A stretch of DNA of 64,000 nt from an uncultured Gemmatimonadales bacterium. Its GTDB lineage: Bacteria; Gemmatimonadota; Gemmatimonadetes; Longimicrobiales; RSA9. The notes under the pieces were generated by a model. It was given only the letters and a program-made list of their open reading frames with translations, made no database searches and had not been told where the DNA came from. This document shows, piece by piece, positions 29,305-39,862 of this stretch. Position numbers and translations under genes: made by a program. Location: NCBI GenBank assembly GCA_963741945.1, contig CAVUKA010000002.1, positions 111,730-175,729 of the forward strand, written 5' to 3'. Within the stretch, counting starts at the first letter, position 1. Every line of letters starts with the position of its first letter.

Positions 29305-30690
29305 CTACGCCGGCCGCACGTTGTGGTTGCTCCGGAAGAAGTTCTCCGGATCCCACTTCGCCTTGATCCGCGCGAGGCGGTCGTGGTTCTTCCCATACGC
29401 CGCCCGCGCGCCGTCCTCCTCGTCGCCGCCCAGCAGATTCACGTACGTCCCCCCGGTGGCGTGGGGAGCCAGGTCGGCATGGAAGCCCCGCGCCCAGTCC
29501 ATCAGCGCGGCGTCGTGGGCCGCCTCGGACCAGCCGGGGAAGATGTGGAGGGCGTACTCCGCGCGGCGGTGCGGGAACGCCGTGGCTTCCGGGTCGACGC
29601 GGCCGATGGCGCCGCCCTCGCGCTCGAAGTAGACCATGGTGAACGGGCCGGGGAGGTCTTCGGTGCCGGCGAGGGTAAGGTCGATGGCGTCGTCGGAAAG
29701 CGCATCGAGGTAGTGGGCCTTCGAGTACCAGCGCAGCCCCTCCGGCGTGCCGGCGTCGAACGCGCGCTGCACGTCGACGTACGGCTGCGGCGCCACGAGC
29801 TCCAGGATGGGGGTGCCGAAGTCGCGCAGCGGCTTCATCTCGGCCTCTCCTTCGGCGATCACGCCCGCGTAGCAGAAGACCAGGAAGAGCGCCACGCGGC
29901 CGCGGTGCTCCTCCGGGAACGGCTCCACCGGCGGCACGCGGATGAGGAAGGCGTAGACCTGCAGCGAGTCGGGGGCGTCCGCCATGAAGTCGCGGTAGAA
30001 GCGAAGCACCCGGCCGGCGTCCTCGAAGGGGTGGACGATCTGGCCCGCCAGCACTTCGGGGCCGACCTCGTGGAGCCGGAAGTCCAGCGACGTCACCACG
30101 CCGAAGTTCCCGCTCCCGCCGCGCAGCGCCCAGAAGAGGTCCGGGTTCTCGGTGGCGGACGCGCGGACGATGCGGGCGTCGGCTGTCACCACATCGGCAC
30201 CCGTCAGGTTGTCCAGCGCCAGCCCGTGCTTGCGCGCCAGGTACCCGGTGCCGCCGCCGAGCGTGTAGCCGGGCACGCCCACGGTGGAGACGGTCCCGCC
30301 GGTGGTGGCCAGTCCGTGCGCCTGGGTCGCGGCATCGAACGCGCCCCAGCGCGCGCCCGGTCCGACGCTCGCCGCCCGCTCCCCGGCATCGACATCGACG
30401 CCGCCCATGGCCGAAAGGTCGATCAGCAGTCCATCATCGATGCTGGAGTTGCCGGCGTAGCTGTGGCCCCCGCTCCGCACTGCCACCCGGATGCCGTGCT
30501 CGCGGGCGGCCCGGATCGCCGTGACGACGTCGCCGGCGGCCGCGCACCGGGCAATGGCTCCGGGGCGGCGGTCGAAGCGGCCGTTCCACCCCCGGCGCGC
30601 CGCGTCGTAGCCGGCGTCGCCCGGCGCAATGAGGCCACCGCTGAGGTCGGTGCGGAGGGATTGGAGCAGTGCGGTCGGAAGCTGGGTCAT
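29305..30690 (-). CDS. FAD-binding oxidoreductase (VAO/BBE family)
   Basis: VRSGGHSY covalent-FAD motif, TLGGGTG, WALRGGSGNFGVVT, YVN, KAKWDPENFF. Confidence 0.92.
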   Translation of the reverse strand: MTQLPTALLQSLRTDLSGGLIAPGDAGYDAARRGWNGRFDRRPGAIARCAAAGDVVTAIRAAREHGIRVAVRSGGHSYAGNSSIDDGLLIDLSAMGGVDVDAGERAASVGPGARWGAFDAATQAHGLATTGGTVSTVGVPGYTLGGGTGYLARKHGLALDNLTGADVVTADARIVRASATENPDLFWALRGGSGNFGVVTSLDFRLHEVGPEVLAGQIVHPFEDAGRVLRFYRDFMADAPDSLQVYAFLIRVPPVEPFPEEHRGRVALFLVFCYAGVIAEGEAEMKPLRDFGTPILELVAPQPYVDVQRAFDAGTPEGLRWYSKAHYLDALSDDAIDLTLAGTEDLPGPFTMVYFEREGGAIGRVDPEATAFPHRRAEYALHIFPGWSEAAHDAALMDWARGFHADLAPHATGGTYVNLLGGDEEDGARAAYGKNHDRLARIKAKWDPENFFRSNHNVRPA

Positions 30691-30811
30691 GATGGGTCCA
30701 GTGGGAGAGGGAGCGAGAATAGGGTATCGCCGGCGAGGGACGGGCGCGCCCCCGTGATCCGGGGAGGCGCCCGCCCATCGATTGTGCCGGCCGAGGGCCC
30801 GGCGTGTCAAA

Positions 30812-31591
30812 TCAGAAGCCGCCCGGGCGCCTCACGTGCTCGTCGATCGGCAGCGCGAGGCCCTCCGCGATCGAAGCGAACCAGGTCTCCACGCCCAGCA
30901 GTGAGGCCGTGCTGGCGCCCGTGGGAAGACCGCGCTCCGTCAGCAGCGCGCCGCCCGTCCGGCCCGAGAGCTGGAAGTCCGCCAGGAGCGCGCCGTCCGC
31001 GTCGTGGAACCGGAACCGGAACGCGTACCAGCCCGCGTCCGTCACCGCGTACGCGGCACCGCCCGCCGTCACTTCCAGCCCGCCGGCGGACGGCTCCACC
31101 ACCACCTGGGCTCCGCCCGGGTAGCCCCCGGCGTCGTCGAAGAAGAGCTCCGTCAGCGTGAACGCCGTCGCCGGCGAGCCTGCCGGGTCCAGGTAGATGT
31201 CCAGCTGGTCCACGAAGCCGCTGGCCGGGAACCGGCTCCACGTGCCGGCCCCGATGGAGTACGGGCCCGTCGGCGCGAACACGCTGTAGGCGGCGACGCA
31301 GCCGCCTTCTTCCACCGTCGCGTACCCGGCGCCCGCCGACGGCGCCACCGGGCCGCCGCCCCGGGCGTGGTGGTTCACCGTTCCGCACCAGCCACCGTCG
31401 TACCCGTACCACCCCTCGGCCCCGTGATTGAAGCCCTGGTGCCATACGGGGAACGGCGCGCTGGACAGCGACGGGGCCGCTGCGGCCAGCGACCGGGTGG
31501 GCGCCGGGGCGGTGGCGCTTTCGCCACAGCCACTGGCCGCGAGCGCGGCCGCGGCCAGGGTCAGGATCAGCGTGGTGCGGTCTGTCGACAT
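30812..31591 (-). CDS. Hypothetical lipoprotein
   Basis: AAGGAG RBS; signal peptide LAASGC; beta-rich mature region. Confidence 0.7.
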   Translation of the reverse strand: MSTDRTTLILTLAAAALAASGCGESATAPAPTRSLAAAAPSLSSAPFPVWHQGFNHGAEGWYGYDGGWCGTVNHHARGGGPVAPSAGAGYATVEEGGCVAAYSVFAPTGPYSIGAGTWSRFPASGFVDQLDIYLDPAGSPATAFTLTELFFDDAGGYPGGAQVVVEPSAGGLEVTAGGAAYAVTDAGWYAFRFRFHDADGALLADFQLSGRTGGALLTERGLPTGASTASLLGVETWFASIAEGLALPIDEHVRRPGGF

Positions 31592-31679
31592 CGTTCTCTC
31601 CTTCGCTCGGGAACACGGGTACGGGTTCGTCTGTGCTCCGAAGCTGGGCGCGGTGTCTTTGCTCACCGTCATGGCATGA

Positions 31680-31694
31680 TTAGAATGCGTCTAA
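31680..31694. promoter_or_regulatory. Inverted repeat TTAGA-N5-TCTAA in a divergent promoter region
   Basis: AT-rich palindrome between the divergent lipoprotein and BTAD regulator genes. Confidence 0.35.
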
Positions 31695-31714
31695 GACTCT
31701 TCCACGGAGGTGAC

Positions 31715-33943
31715 GTGATCCGTTTCCACCTGCTGGGACCGCCCGACCTGCGCGACGCCGAGGGTCGGCCGCGGGCGATCACGGGCGCGAAGCGTCTGGC
31801 GCTGCTGGCGTACCTGGCGCTCGAGTCACGGCGGGGGCCGGTGCGGCGGGACACGCTGGTGGGGCTGCTGTGGCCGGAGTCGAGCCAGAAGCGGGCGCGC
31901 AACGCGCTCAGCAACGTGGTCTTCCACGTGCGGAAGGCGCTCGGTCCCGACGTGTTCACGGCGACGGGGACGGAGGAGCTCGGGCTGGCGGCGGAGTCGG
32001 TCTGGTGCGACGCGCTGGCGTTCGAGGCGGCGGTGGGGGAGGGGCGGCTGGGGGAGGCGCTGGACCTGTACCGGGGGGACCTGCTGGAGGGGTTCTTCGC
32101 CCCGTCCGCGGGCGCGGAGTTCGACCACTGGGTGGACGGGGAGCGTGCGCGGCTGCGTCGCCTGGCCACGGACGCGGCCCGGCGCCGGATCGAGGAGGCG
32201 GAGGGTCTGGGCGACCGGGTGGAAGCGCTCCGGATCGCGCGCTGGCTGTGCGGTCTCGCGCCGGAGGACGAGGCGGCGGCGCGTCGCCTGATGTCGCTTC
32301 TGGACAGCTCGGGGGATCGGGCGGGCGCGCTGCGGGCGTACGAGCGGCTGGCCAGTCGGCTGGAGCGCGAGCTGGGGGTGGAGCCGACCGCGGAGACGCG
32401 GGCGCTGGCGAAGCGGGTGCGGCTGCGCGACGAGGGTGCGACGGGTGCCCGCGCCGCGGCGCCGGGCCACGGAGACGCCGCGGGCGAGCCGGCCCGTCGC
32501 GAGCCGGCCGCGCCGGAGCTCCCCGTGCGGACCGTAGCGGTGCTTCCGTTCGCGAACCTGGGCGCCACGGCGGACGCGGAACCGTTCGTGGCCGGACTGC
32601 ACGACGACCTGCTGACGGAGCTGTCGCGGATCTCGGCGCTGCGGGTGATCGCGCGCACATCGGTGCTCCGGTACCGGGGGACCGACCTCCCCGTGGCGGA
32701 GATCGCGCGGGAGCTCGGGGCGGGCACGATCGTGGAGGGCGGCGTGCAGGCGGCCGGGGATCGAATCCGGGTGAACGTGCAGGTGGTGGATGGCCGCGAC
32801 TCGGCGCACCGGTGGGCGGAGCGGTTCGACCGCGAGCTGAGCGCGGAGACGATCTTCGAGATCCAGCAGGAGCTGGCCGAGCGGATCACGGGCGCGGTGC
32901 GCGCCGACCTGACCGATGCCGAGCGGAAGCGCGGGGCGGTGCCGGCGACGGAGGACCTGCAGGCGTACCGTCTCTACGTGAAGGGGCGGGGCTATCTCGA
33001 CCAGCGGACGGAGATCGGCATCCTGAAGTCCATCGCCTTCTTCGAGCGGGCGGTCGAGCTGGACGAGCGCTATGCGCTGGCCTGGTCCGGGCTCGCGGAT
33101 GCGGTGGTGCTGCTCCACGACTACGGCTTCGACGACGCCGCCCACGACCTCACCGTGGCCGAGCGCGCGGTCGGGCGAGCCCTCGAGCTCGGTCCGGAGC
33201 TGGCCGAGGCGCACGCCTCGCTCGGCATGGTCCACAGCATCCGGCGCCGCGGGACCGAGGCGCTCGCGGCGCTCGCGCGGTCGGTGGAGATCAGGCCCGG
33301 CTACGCGGACGCCCACAACTGGCTCAGCTGGCACCGCAGCGTGTTCGGCATGCCGGGGCCGGCGCTCGAGAGCGCCCGGCGGGCCGTGGAGCTCGACCCC
33401 GTGGCCCCGGAACCCGCGTCCAATCTGGCGCTGTCGCTCCTGATCAACGGCCACCTGGAGGAGTCACTCGCCGCGGCGCGGCGGACCACGGAGCTCCAGC
33501 CGGACTGGACCACGGGGAGGTTCACCGAAGGCCTCGCCCTCTACGAGCTCGGCCGGTTCGAGGAGTCCGCCGAGGTCCTGCGCGGCCTCCGCGTGGAGTG
33601 GGTCGACGACGGCCCGCGCGCCGCTTTCGCCGTGGCGTGCGCCGCCATGGGCAACGTGGTGGAAGCGCGCGCCCTGCTCGACGCGTTCGAGCGCCTCGAC
33701 GACTCCTTCTCCGCCGGCCTGGTCCGGCTCGCCCTCGGAGAGCGCGACGCCGCGTTCGACCATTTCCGGCGGATCACGCGCTGGACCTACTGGCCCACGC
33801 TGGCCATCCACCACTTCTTCCGCGCCACCCTCGCCCCCCTGCGCGCCGACCCCCTGGGCGACACGCTCAAGGCGAGGATGGCCGAGGCCTGGGGGCTCGG
33901 CCGCCCCCGCGCCGCATACCGGCCCCGCGCCGGCCACGGTTGA
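31715..33943 (+). CDS. SARP-like regulator: winged-helix, BTAD, TolB-N-like and TPR domains
   Basis: GGAGGT RBS; KRLALLAYL, RDTLVGLLWPE, LYRGDLLEG, LGVEPTAET, VAVLPFANL, VIARTSV, TPR repeats. Confidence 0.88.
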   Translation: MIRFHLLGPPDLRDAEGRPRAITGAKRLALLAYLALESRRGPVRRDTLVGLLWPESSQKRARNALSNVVFHVRKALGPDVFTATGTEELGLAAESVWCDALAFEAAVGEGRLGEALDLYRGDLLEGFFAPSAGAEFDHWVDGERARLRRLATDAARRRIEEAEGLGDRVEALRIARWLCGLAPEDEAAARRLMSLLDSSGDRAGALRAYERLASRLERELGVEPTAETRALAKRVRLRDEGATGARAAAPGHGDAAGEPARREPAAPELPVRTVAVLPFANLGATADAEPFVAGLHDDLLTELSRISALRVIARTSVLRYRGTDLPVAEIARELGAGTIVEGGVQAAGDRIRVNVQVVDGRDSAHRWAERFDRELSAETIFEIQQELAERITGAVRADLTDAERKRGAVPATEDLQAYRLYVKGRGYLDQRTEIGILKSIAFFERAVELDERYALAWSGLADAVVLLHDYGFDDAAHDLTVAERAVGRALELGPELAEAHASLGMVHSIRRRGTEALAALARSVEIRPGYADAHNWLSWHRSVFGMPGPALESARRAVELDPVAPEPASNLALSLLINGHLEESLAAARRTTELQPDWTTGRFTEGLALYELGRFEESAEVLRGLRVEWVDDGPRAAFAVACAAMGNVVEARALLDAFERLDDSFSAGLVRLALGERDAAFDHFRRITRWTYWPTLAIHHFFRATLAPLRADPLGDTLKARMAEAWGLGRPRAAYRPRAGHG

Positions 33944-33977
33944 TCGCTGCGCGGCGCGGGCCCCTGCCGCCGCCCGC

Positions 33978-35705
33978 CTACAGCGGCAGCGCGATGGAGT
34001 GGATGAGCGAGACGTGCGCCGGCCTGCTGGCCGCCGTCTCGCCGTAGAGGTTGAAGCCCCAGCCGTAGAGGCGGCCGGCGCCGTCGAGGGCGAGGGAGTA
34101 GTCGTCGCCGGCGGCGATGGCGCGGAGGTCCTTGCCCTCGCTTTCGGCCAGCGGCGCGGGCGTCGGAGAGCACGGGTAGTTGTCGGCTCTGCACGTGGTC
34201 TGAACCGCGCTGCCGGTCTGCCCCACCCCGCTCGCGCCCCAGCACCAGGCCCCGCCGCTCTCGGTGATGGCGCAGGCGAAGCCGGTTCCGGCGGCCACGG
34301 CCTTCGCGGGTGGCACGCCGACGGCGAGGGTCGGGATGGTGGCCGGGTCATCGGAGCCGTTGCCGAGCTGGCCCTGGTCGTTGTGTCCCCAGCAGACCAC
34401 GTCCCGCTGCTCATCCACGCCGCAGTACCAGGGCAGCGTCCCCAGGGCGAGATCATCGAACCGGAGCGGCGCTCCCCACGGGATCGGGGACCGGTGTCGC
34501 CGTGAGTACGCCGTGATCCCCTCGGAGTGGTCGTAGAGGAAGCCCCAGCATTCGGCGGCGCCGTCCGGCGTGAGGCCGCACACGCCGCCTCCGCCCGCCA
34601 CGAGGGCGTCGTAGGGGCCGCCCGCCACGGCCACGGCGCGAACGGCGGGCGTGTCGAGATCCTGGCCGTCGCCGATCTGCCCGCCGCTCCGGGCGCCCCA
34701 GCACCAGGCCTGGCCGGCCGCTTCCCGGCCGCACGTCACGCCCCGCCCCGCGGCGATGTCGACGAAGGCGTGCCCTTCCGCCGCGGGCACGGGCGCCGCG
34801 CGATCGGTGGTGGTGCCATCGCCAAGCTGGCCGACGTCGTTCTGCCCCCAGCACCAGGCCGCGCCGGCCGTGTCCAGGCCGCATGCGTGGGAAACCCCGA
34901 CGGTGACCGCGCGCAGCCGCAGCTCGGGGAACACCGCCACCGGGTGCGGGTGGCACGGGACCCCGGACGCGCAGGCCTCCGCCGGCGCGCCGCCGAAGAG
35001 GCCGGCATCGGCGCCCCAGCAATAGAGCCGCCCCTCCGTGGTGACGGCGCAGCTCGTGGCCCCGCCGGCGGCCATCGCCGCCCAGCCGACCACGACCAGC
35101 CGGGTCGACACGCGCGCGCTGTCCAGCCTCGCCGTCACCACCGCCTCGCCGCTGGACCGGACCCGCAGCCCGGCTCGATCCGCGAGCACCACGCTCGTGT
35201 CCGCCGATGTCCATTTCGGCGCCCGCTCCGTGACAATGTTCCCCCACCGGTCGCGGAAGACGGGCACGGGCGGCTCGAAGGGATCCACCGCCACCCGCAC
35301 GGAGTCCGGCAGCGGATCCGCCCGCATGGCCTCGCCAGCCAGGATCGTGAGGTGGACCGTCGTCGCACCCCCCGGCGAGCCGACCGGGGAAACCTCCGCC
35401 GACGCGCCACCCGCCACGGTGTCGCCCCGGACGACGAGCTCGACCCGCCCATCCGCGTCCGTTTCCAGCACCGTGTCGCGCGGCGCGCCCCGGTCCAGGG
35501 TCCAGCGGAGCCGCGCCCCTGCGACGGCCCGGCCGGCGGGGTCGGTGGCCTGGAGGACCACCGGTTCCGGGAACGCGCTACCCGCGCGGGTGCTCTGCTG
35601 GTCTCCGGCGACCACGGCCAGGCGCACCGGCGGGATGGCCGCGTCCGTGGCATCGCCGCACGCGGCGAGCGCCAGCGCCAGCAGCGCGCAGGGGAGACAT
35701 CGCAT
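33978..35705 (-). CDS. Lipoprotein with Ig-like domains and RCC1/BLIP-II repeats
   Basis: LALAAC lipobox; VAGDQQ..TDADG Ig-like; repeated C...G..WCWG.N..GQLG. Confidence 0.85.
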   Translation of the reverse strand: MRCLPCALLALALAACGDATDAAIPPVRLAVVAGDQQSTRAGSAFPEPVVLQATDPAGRAVAGARLRWTLDRGAPRDTVLETDADGRVELVVRGDTVAGGASAEVSPVGSPGGATTVHLTILAGEAMRADPLPDSVRVAVDPFEPPVPVFRDRWGNIVTERAPKWTSADTSVVLADRAGLRVRSSGEAVVTARLDSARVSTRLVVVGWAAMAAGGATSCAVTTEGRLYCWGADAGLFGGAPAEACASGVPCHPHPVAVFPELRLRAVTVGVSHACGLDTAGAAWCWGQNDVGQLGDGTTTDRAAPVPAAEGHAFVDIAAGRGVTCGREAAGQAWCWGARSGGQIGDGQDLDTPAVRAVAVAGGPYDALVAGGGGVCGLTPDGAAECWGFLYDHSEGITAYSRRHRSPIPWGAPLRFDDLALGTLPWYCGVDEQRDVVCWGHNDQGQLGNGSDDPATIPTLAVGVPPAKAVAAGTGFACAITESGGAWCWGASGVGQTGSAVQTTCRADNYPCSPTPAPLAESEGKDLRAIAAGDDYSLALDGAGRLYGWGFNLYGETAASRPAHVSLIHSIALPL

Positions 35706-35706
35706 C

Positions 35707-36978
35707 TCAGACTCCGGGAGCGCTGCCGCCAAGCGCCTGAAGGAACATCACCACCGCCAGGTAGACCATCGCGGCCGCGAGGAAGCGCACCAGCACCACG
35801 CCGGAAAGCCGTCCGGAGACGCGCGCGCCCACCCATGATCCGACCTGGATTCCCAGGGCTGCCGGGACGGCCACGGACAGGTCGATGATACCGTGGGCGT
35901 AATAGATGTAGGCGCTGGCGGACACCGTGATTCCGACCATGAAGACGCTGGTGGCCGCGGCCGCCTTGACGGGGACGCCCATGATCCCGTGCATCACGGG
36001 CATCTTGATGACACCGCCCCCGATGCCGAGCATGCCGGACAGCATGCCCCCGGCGAAGCCGGCGCCGGCCCCCAGCCTTAGTCGCCGGGGGATGTATCTC
36101 ACTTCGGACCCGGACGCCCGGTCCCGGTACATTCCACCCACCTTCAGCGGGTCCGGCCCGGAGCTCGCCGCCACGGCGCCGGCACGGCGAAACACCATGA
36201 TCACCGCCATGCCCAGCAGCGCGACCGCGAAGATCAGCCGGAGCACCTGCGGCGCCACCGCCACCACCACGAAGCTGCCCAGAACGGCACCGGTCACGGT
36301 GGTGAGCTCCAGCAGCAGACCGAGCTTGATGTTCGGGATCCGGTCCCGCAGATACGTGGACGTCCCCGAGAGCGAGTTCACCACCACCGAGACAGCGCCC
36401 GCGCTGATGGCCACCTTCATCGGGACGCCGAAGAACGCGGACAGCACGGGCACCAGGAACACCGCCCCTCCCAGCCCCACGGAGACGCCCAGGCCGCCCG
36501 CCAGCCCCGCGGCGGCGAGAACCCCGGCCTGCGTCGGCACGTCCAGGCGCGGCAGCGCCGTTGCCACGCGCCCCCCGCTGGTGAGCAGCGAGACGGCCAG
36601 CCCCGTGACCACCACGCCCAGGATCACCCCGGCGGCGCCGGCCAGGAGGCGCTGACCGTTGCGGGCGGCGCACACGCCGACGCAGATCACCGCCACGGGG
36701 GGCGCGGCCAGCAGGACCAGGATCCCCAGGGTGGCGATCCCGGCGTCATTCAGGTGCAGCAGGTCCCCGGGCAGCGAGAAAAGCGCGGCCGCCCCCGTGG
36801 GGAGCCGACCGTGCCGCAGGAATCCCAGCGTCCCTCCCACGAGTACCAGCAGGATCCCGACGCCGAGGATCGACCGGACCACGGACGCGAGGCCCGACAG
36901 GATGTCGAACGGCACGGTGCCCGCGCTCCGCTCCATTGCTTGCGTCGAGCCCTCCTTCCCCACCCGCGCGTTTGCCAT
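35707..36978 (-). CDS. TauE/SafE (TSUP) transporter fused to an N-terminal DUF1634-like domain
   Basis: GLGGAVFLVP and SGMLGIGGGVIKMP TauE repeats; N-terminal ..LGILVLLAAPP.. DUF1634-like segment. Confidence 0.8.
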   Translation of the reverse strand: MANARVGKEGSTQAMERSAGTVPFDILSGLASVVRSILGVGILLVLVGGTLGFLRHGRLPTGAAALFSLPGDLLHLNDAGIATLGILVLLAAPPVAVICVGVCAARNGQRLLAGAAGVILGVVVTGLAVSLLTSGGRVATALPRLDVPTQAGVLAAAGLAGGLGVSVGLGGAVFLVPVLSAFFGVPMKVAISAGAVSVVVNSLSGTSTYLRDRIPNIKLGLLLELTTVTGAVLGSFVVVAVAPQVLRLIFAVALLGMAVIMVFRRAGAVAASSGPDPLKVGGMYRDRASGSEVRYIPRRLRLGAGAGFAGGMLSGMLGIGGGVIKMPVMHGIMGVPVKAAAATSVFMVGITVSASAYIYYAHGIIDLSVAVPAALGIQVGSWVGARVSGRLSGVVLVRFLAAAMVYLAVVMFLQALGGSAPGV

Positions 36979-37114
36979 GCCGATCCTCTACCCGCGATAC
37001 CGCTCCGGTTTCCCTCGGCCCGCCGGCCGATCTCCTCGAGCCATCTCGCGTTGGCGGCCCCGTCTGGACCCGCTCCCGCCCCGCACGAAGCACGCCGGCG
37101 CGCCCCCCGTCCCG

Positions 37115-39679
37115 TCAGAACGCGTTGCCGAAGAACACCGCATTCAGGAACAGCCCGTTCGTGCCATACCAGAAGCCCCGGAAATTCGGGTGGTCCAGGA
37201 TGGCGACGACGCGGCCGCGGCCCACCCGCCCTGCGATCACCGCCGCGCCCCCCGCCAGCTGCGCCCGCCTGGCCGCGGACGCGTAGCCGCTCAGCACGGG
37301 CGAGCCGGTGTAGCGGGCGACGACGCTCCCGGGCTCCTTCGTCGGCTCGTACACGTCCTCGCCCTGCCGGAACACAGGCACCACACCCTCGTAGCCGTAG
37401 GCCAGCGGGTGCGTCGGGTCCACGCGCGCGCCCAGGATCGCCCCGCCCAGCACCTGCGCCCCCCGGGCGTCCTCCAGATCCGCCCACGGCTTTCCCGCCA
37501 CCAGGCTGTCCACGTCCAGGACCCGCGGGTCGAGGTCGAGGAGGCCGGTGCGGTCGAGCCACGCGGCCGCGTCGCCCAGCGCCACCAGCCGGCCGCCGCC
37601 CCGGACCCACGCGGCCACCCGCTCGGCGTCGAGGCCGTCGTACGAGCCGCCGGCCAGCACCAGCGTGTTGTAGCGGTCCAGGTCGGCGCGCCCCACGGCC
37701 GGGACGTCCAGCAGCGAGACCGGGATGCGGAAGCGCTCGCTGAGCAGGTGCCACGTCGCGCCCGTGTGGTACGAGGCCGTACCGTCACCCGTCAGGAGCG
37801 CGATCCGCGGCCGCTCCAGCGCCACACCCGATGCGCTCCCCAGGTCGTAGCCCTCGGGCGTCAGCCCCGTGCCCGTGGCGAAGATGCGGACCTGGTCCGA
37901 GTCGGCGGCCGTTCGCACCAGCGCGTGCACCGTGCCCGCGTCCACGTCCGCCTGCGTCACCGGGATCACCACGGTGCCGCGCTCGAACCGCTGCGGCCGC
38001 CCGCCGATCGCGGCCGAGAACGGCGATGTCATGAGTCGGGCCCGCACCCCGGCCGCCTGCAGCCGATAGAGCGCCCGCGCGGCGAAGTAGCGGTCCCACG
38101 GCATCAGGTAGGCATACGACGCAGGGCCGCCCACCACCTCGCCGCCATCGGCCATCACGGGCGGCAGCTCCGCACCGAGGTACCGCTCCGCGTCGCCCCG
38201 GAGCGTGGCGTGGCGGACGCCATACGCCAGCGGGAGGGTCCAGGTGGAGATGTCGTAGAAGAGTGAGTCCTGGAACTCATTCATCGCCTCCATGGACGCC
38301 GCGATCAGGCGAGCCTGCCGCTGGTCCACCGGCACCACGTACGCCTCGCCCGGCTGGAAGCGGGTCCCGTCCACGTCCAGCGACCGGGCCAGCGCGTGGA
38401 CGCGGACGCCGTGGGCCTGGAGCAGCGCCGCCAGCGCCTGCGCCCGCGTCCGGTGAATCGCGAGCGAGACCACGTAGCCCTTCGCCTCGTGCTGCCTCGC
38501 CCAGGCGTGGGCGCCGGCAAAATAGTCGCGCTGGTAGCGGAGCAGCCGCTCGCGCATCTCGCCCACGGCCCGGAGCGTGGAGAACGACGCCAGGACGTGG
38601 TTGCGGATGGTGAACGGGAAGGTGAGGACGCCGTTCGCGGTCGCCCGCTCCAGCGCCCGCGAGGACGCCTGCTCGAACAGGATCCCCACGGTCCCCTGGA
38701 CATCGGGGTACGTGGAGCCCTTGCCGTAGAAGAAGTCGTCGTACCCCTCGGCGCTGTAGTAGAGCGCGCCAATGCCGTCGAGCGCCCGCGCGTGGTACTG
38801 CGCGATCTCGGCCGTCAGCTCCTGGTTGATGGCCGGCGTGAACGGGTTCGCGCGGCCGGCGTGGCCGGGCATGAAGAAGAACGTGTTGTCGCTCCCCATC
38901 TCGTGGTGGTCCGTCATCACCTGCGGCCGCCAGGCCTGGTACAGGGCGACGCGCCCCCGGGACTCCGGGTGCACCAGCGGCAGCCAGTCCCGGTTCAGGT
39001 CGAACCAGTAGTGGTTGGTGCGCCCGCCTGGCCACGGCTCCCGGTGCTCCCGGTCCTGCGGGTCCGCCACCGCCACACCGCCCCGATTGCGGTTCGCCCA
39101 GTCCGTGAACCGGTCCCGCCCGTCCGGGTTCAGCATGGGATCCAGGATCACCACCGTGTGGTCCAGCACCGAGTCGATGGCGGCGCCCCGGCCGGCCGCC
39201 AGGTGGTACAGCACCAGCATGGCCGCCTCCGACCCGCTCGCCTCGTTGCCGTGGATGCTGTAGCCCAGCGTGACCACCGCCGGCATCCCGGCGAGCTCCG
39301 CGTCCCGGACTCCCGCCGGGTCGTCCGACAGCCGCAGGCTGGCCCGCCGGATCGCTTCCAGCCGCGCCTGGTTCCCCGCGGACGTCACGATGGCGTGGAT
39401 CAATGGCCGGCCCTCGTAGCTCCGGGCGTGCTCCTCCACGATCACCCGGTCGCTCGCCGCCGCCACCCGCTGGAAGTAGTCGACGATCTCGCTCGGCAGC
39501 GTGTGGCGCTCGCCGACGCGGTAGCCGAGAACGTCCGCCGGCGATGGGATCCCGGGGCTGTACGTCACGCCGGCGGGCACCGGCGTCTCGATGGCGATGG
39601 GGAGCCCCTGGGCCGGGAGGGCGGTCGGGGTCAGCACCGGCAGAAGCGCCAGCAGCAGCGCGAGGGACGGCTTCGTCAT
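37115..39679 (-). CDS. M14 family zinc carboxypeptidase, secreted
   Basis: Signal peptide; SYEGRP, SIHGNEASG, NPDGRDR, NHYWFDLNRDW, DHHEMG; GATase-like C-terminal region. Confidence 0.9.
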   Translation of the reverse strand: MTKPSLALLLALLPVLTPTALPAQGLPIAIETPVPAGVTYSPGIPSPADVLGYRVGERHTLPSEIVDYFQRVAAASDRVIVEEHARSYEGRPLIHAIVTSAGNQARLEAIRRASLRLSDDPAGVRDAELAGMPAVVTLGYSIHGNEASGSEAAMLVLYHLAAGRGAAIDSVLDHTVVILDPMLNPDGRDRFTDWANRNRGGVAVADPQDREHREPWPGGRTNHYWFDLNRDWLPLVHPESRGRVALYQAWRPQVMTDHHEMGSDNTFFFMPGHAGRANPFTPAINQELTAEIAQYHARALDGIGALYYSAEGYDDFFYGKGSTYPDVQGTVGILFEQASSRALERATANGVLTFPFTIRNHVLASFSTLRAVGEMRERLLRYQRDYFAGAHAWARQHEAKGYVVSLAIHRTRAQALAALLQAHGVRVHALARSLDVDGTRFQPGEAYVVPVDQRQARLIAASMEAMNEFQDSLFYDISTWTLPLAYGVRHATLRGDAERYLGAELPPVMADGGEVVGGPASYAYLMPWDRYFAARALYRLQAAGVRARLMTSPFSAAIGGRPQRFERGTVVIPVTQADVDAGTVHALVRTAADSDQVRIFATGTGLTPEGYDLGSASGVALERPRIALLTGDGTASYHTGATWHLLSERFRIPVSLLDVPAVGRADLDRYNTLVLAGGSYDGLDAERVAAWVRGGGRLVALGDAAAWLDRTGLLDLDPRVLDVDSLVAGKPWADLEDARGAQVLGGAILGARVDPTHPLAYGYEGVVPVFRQGEDVYEPTKEPGSVVARYTGSPVLSGYASAARRAQLAGGAAVIAGRVGRGRVVAILDHPNFRGFWYGTNGLFLNAVFFGNAF

Positions 39680-39862
39680 GGTAGCTGTTCTCTTGGTCGG
39701 TGGATGGGGCGCGCCCGGGGAGCCGGCCGCCGACAGCGCGCTTTCCGGCAACCTACAGGATGGGTGCTACGGCCGCACAGGGAGGGTGAAGGAGAAAGCG
39801 CTGCCACTTCCGGGCTCGCTCATGGCTGCGCAGGATCGCGTCGCCCCCGGGCGAGCGGCCGC

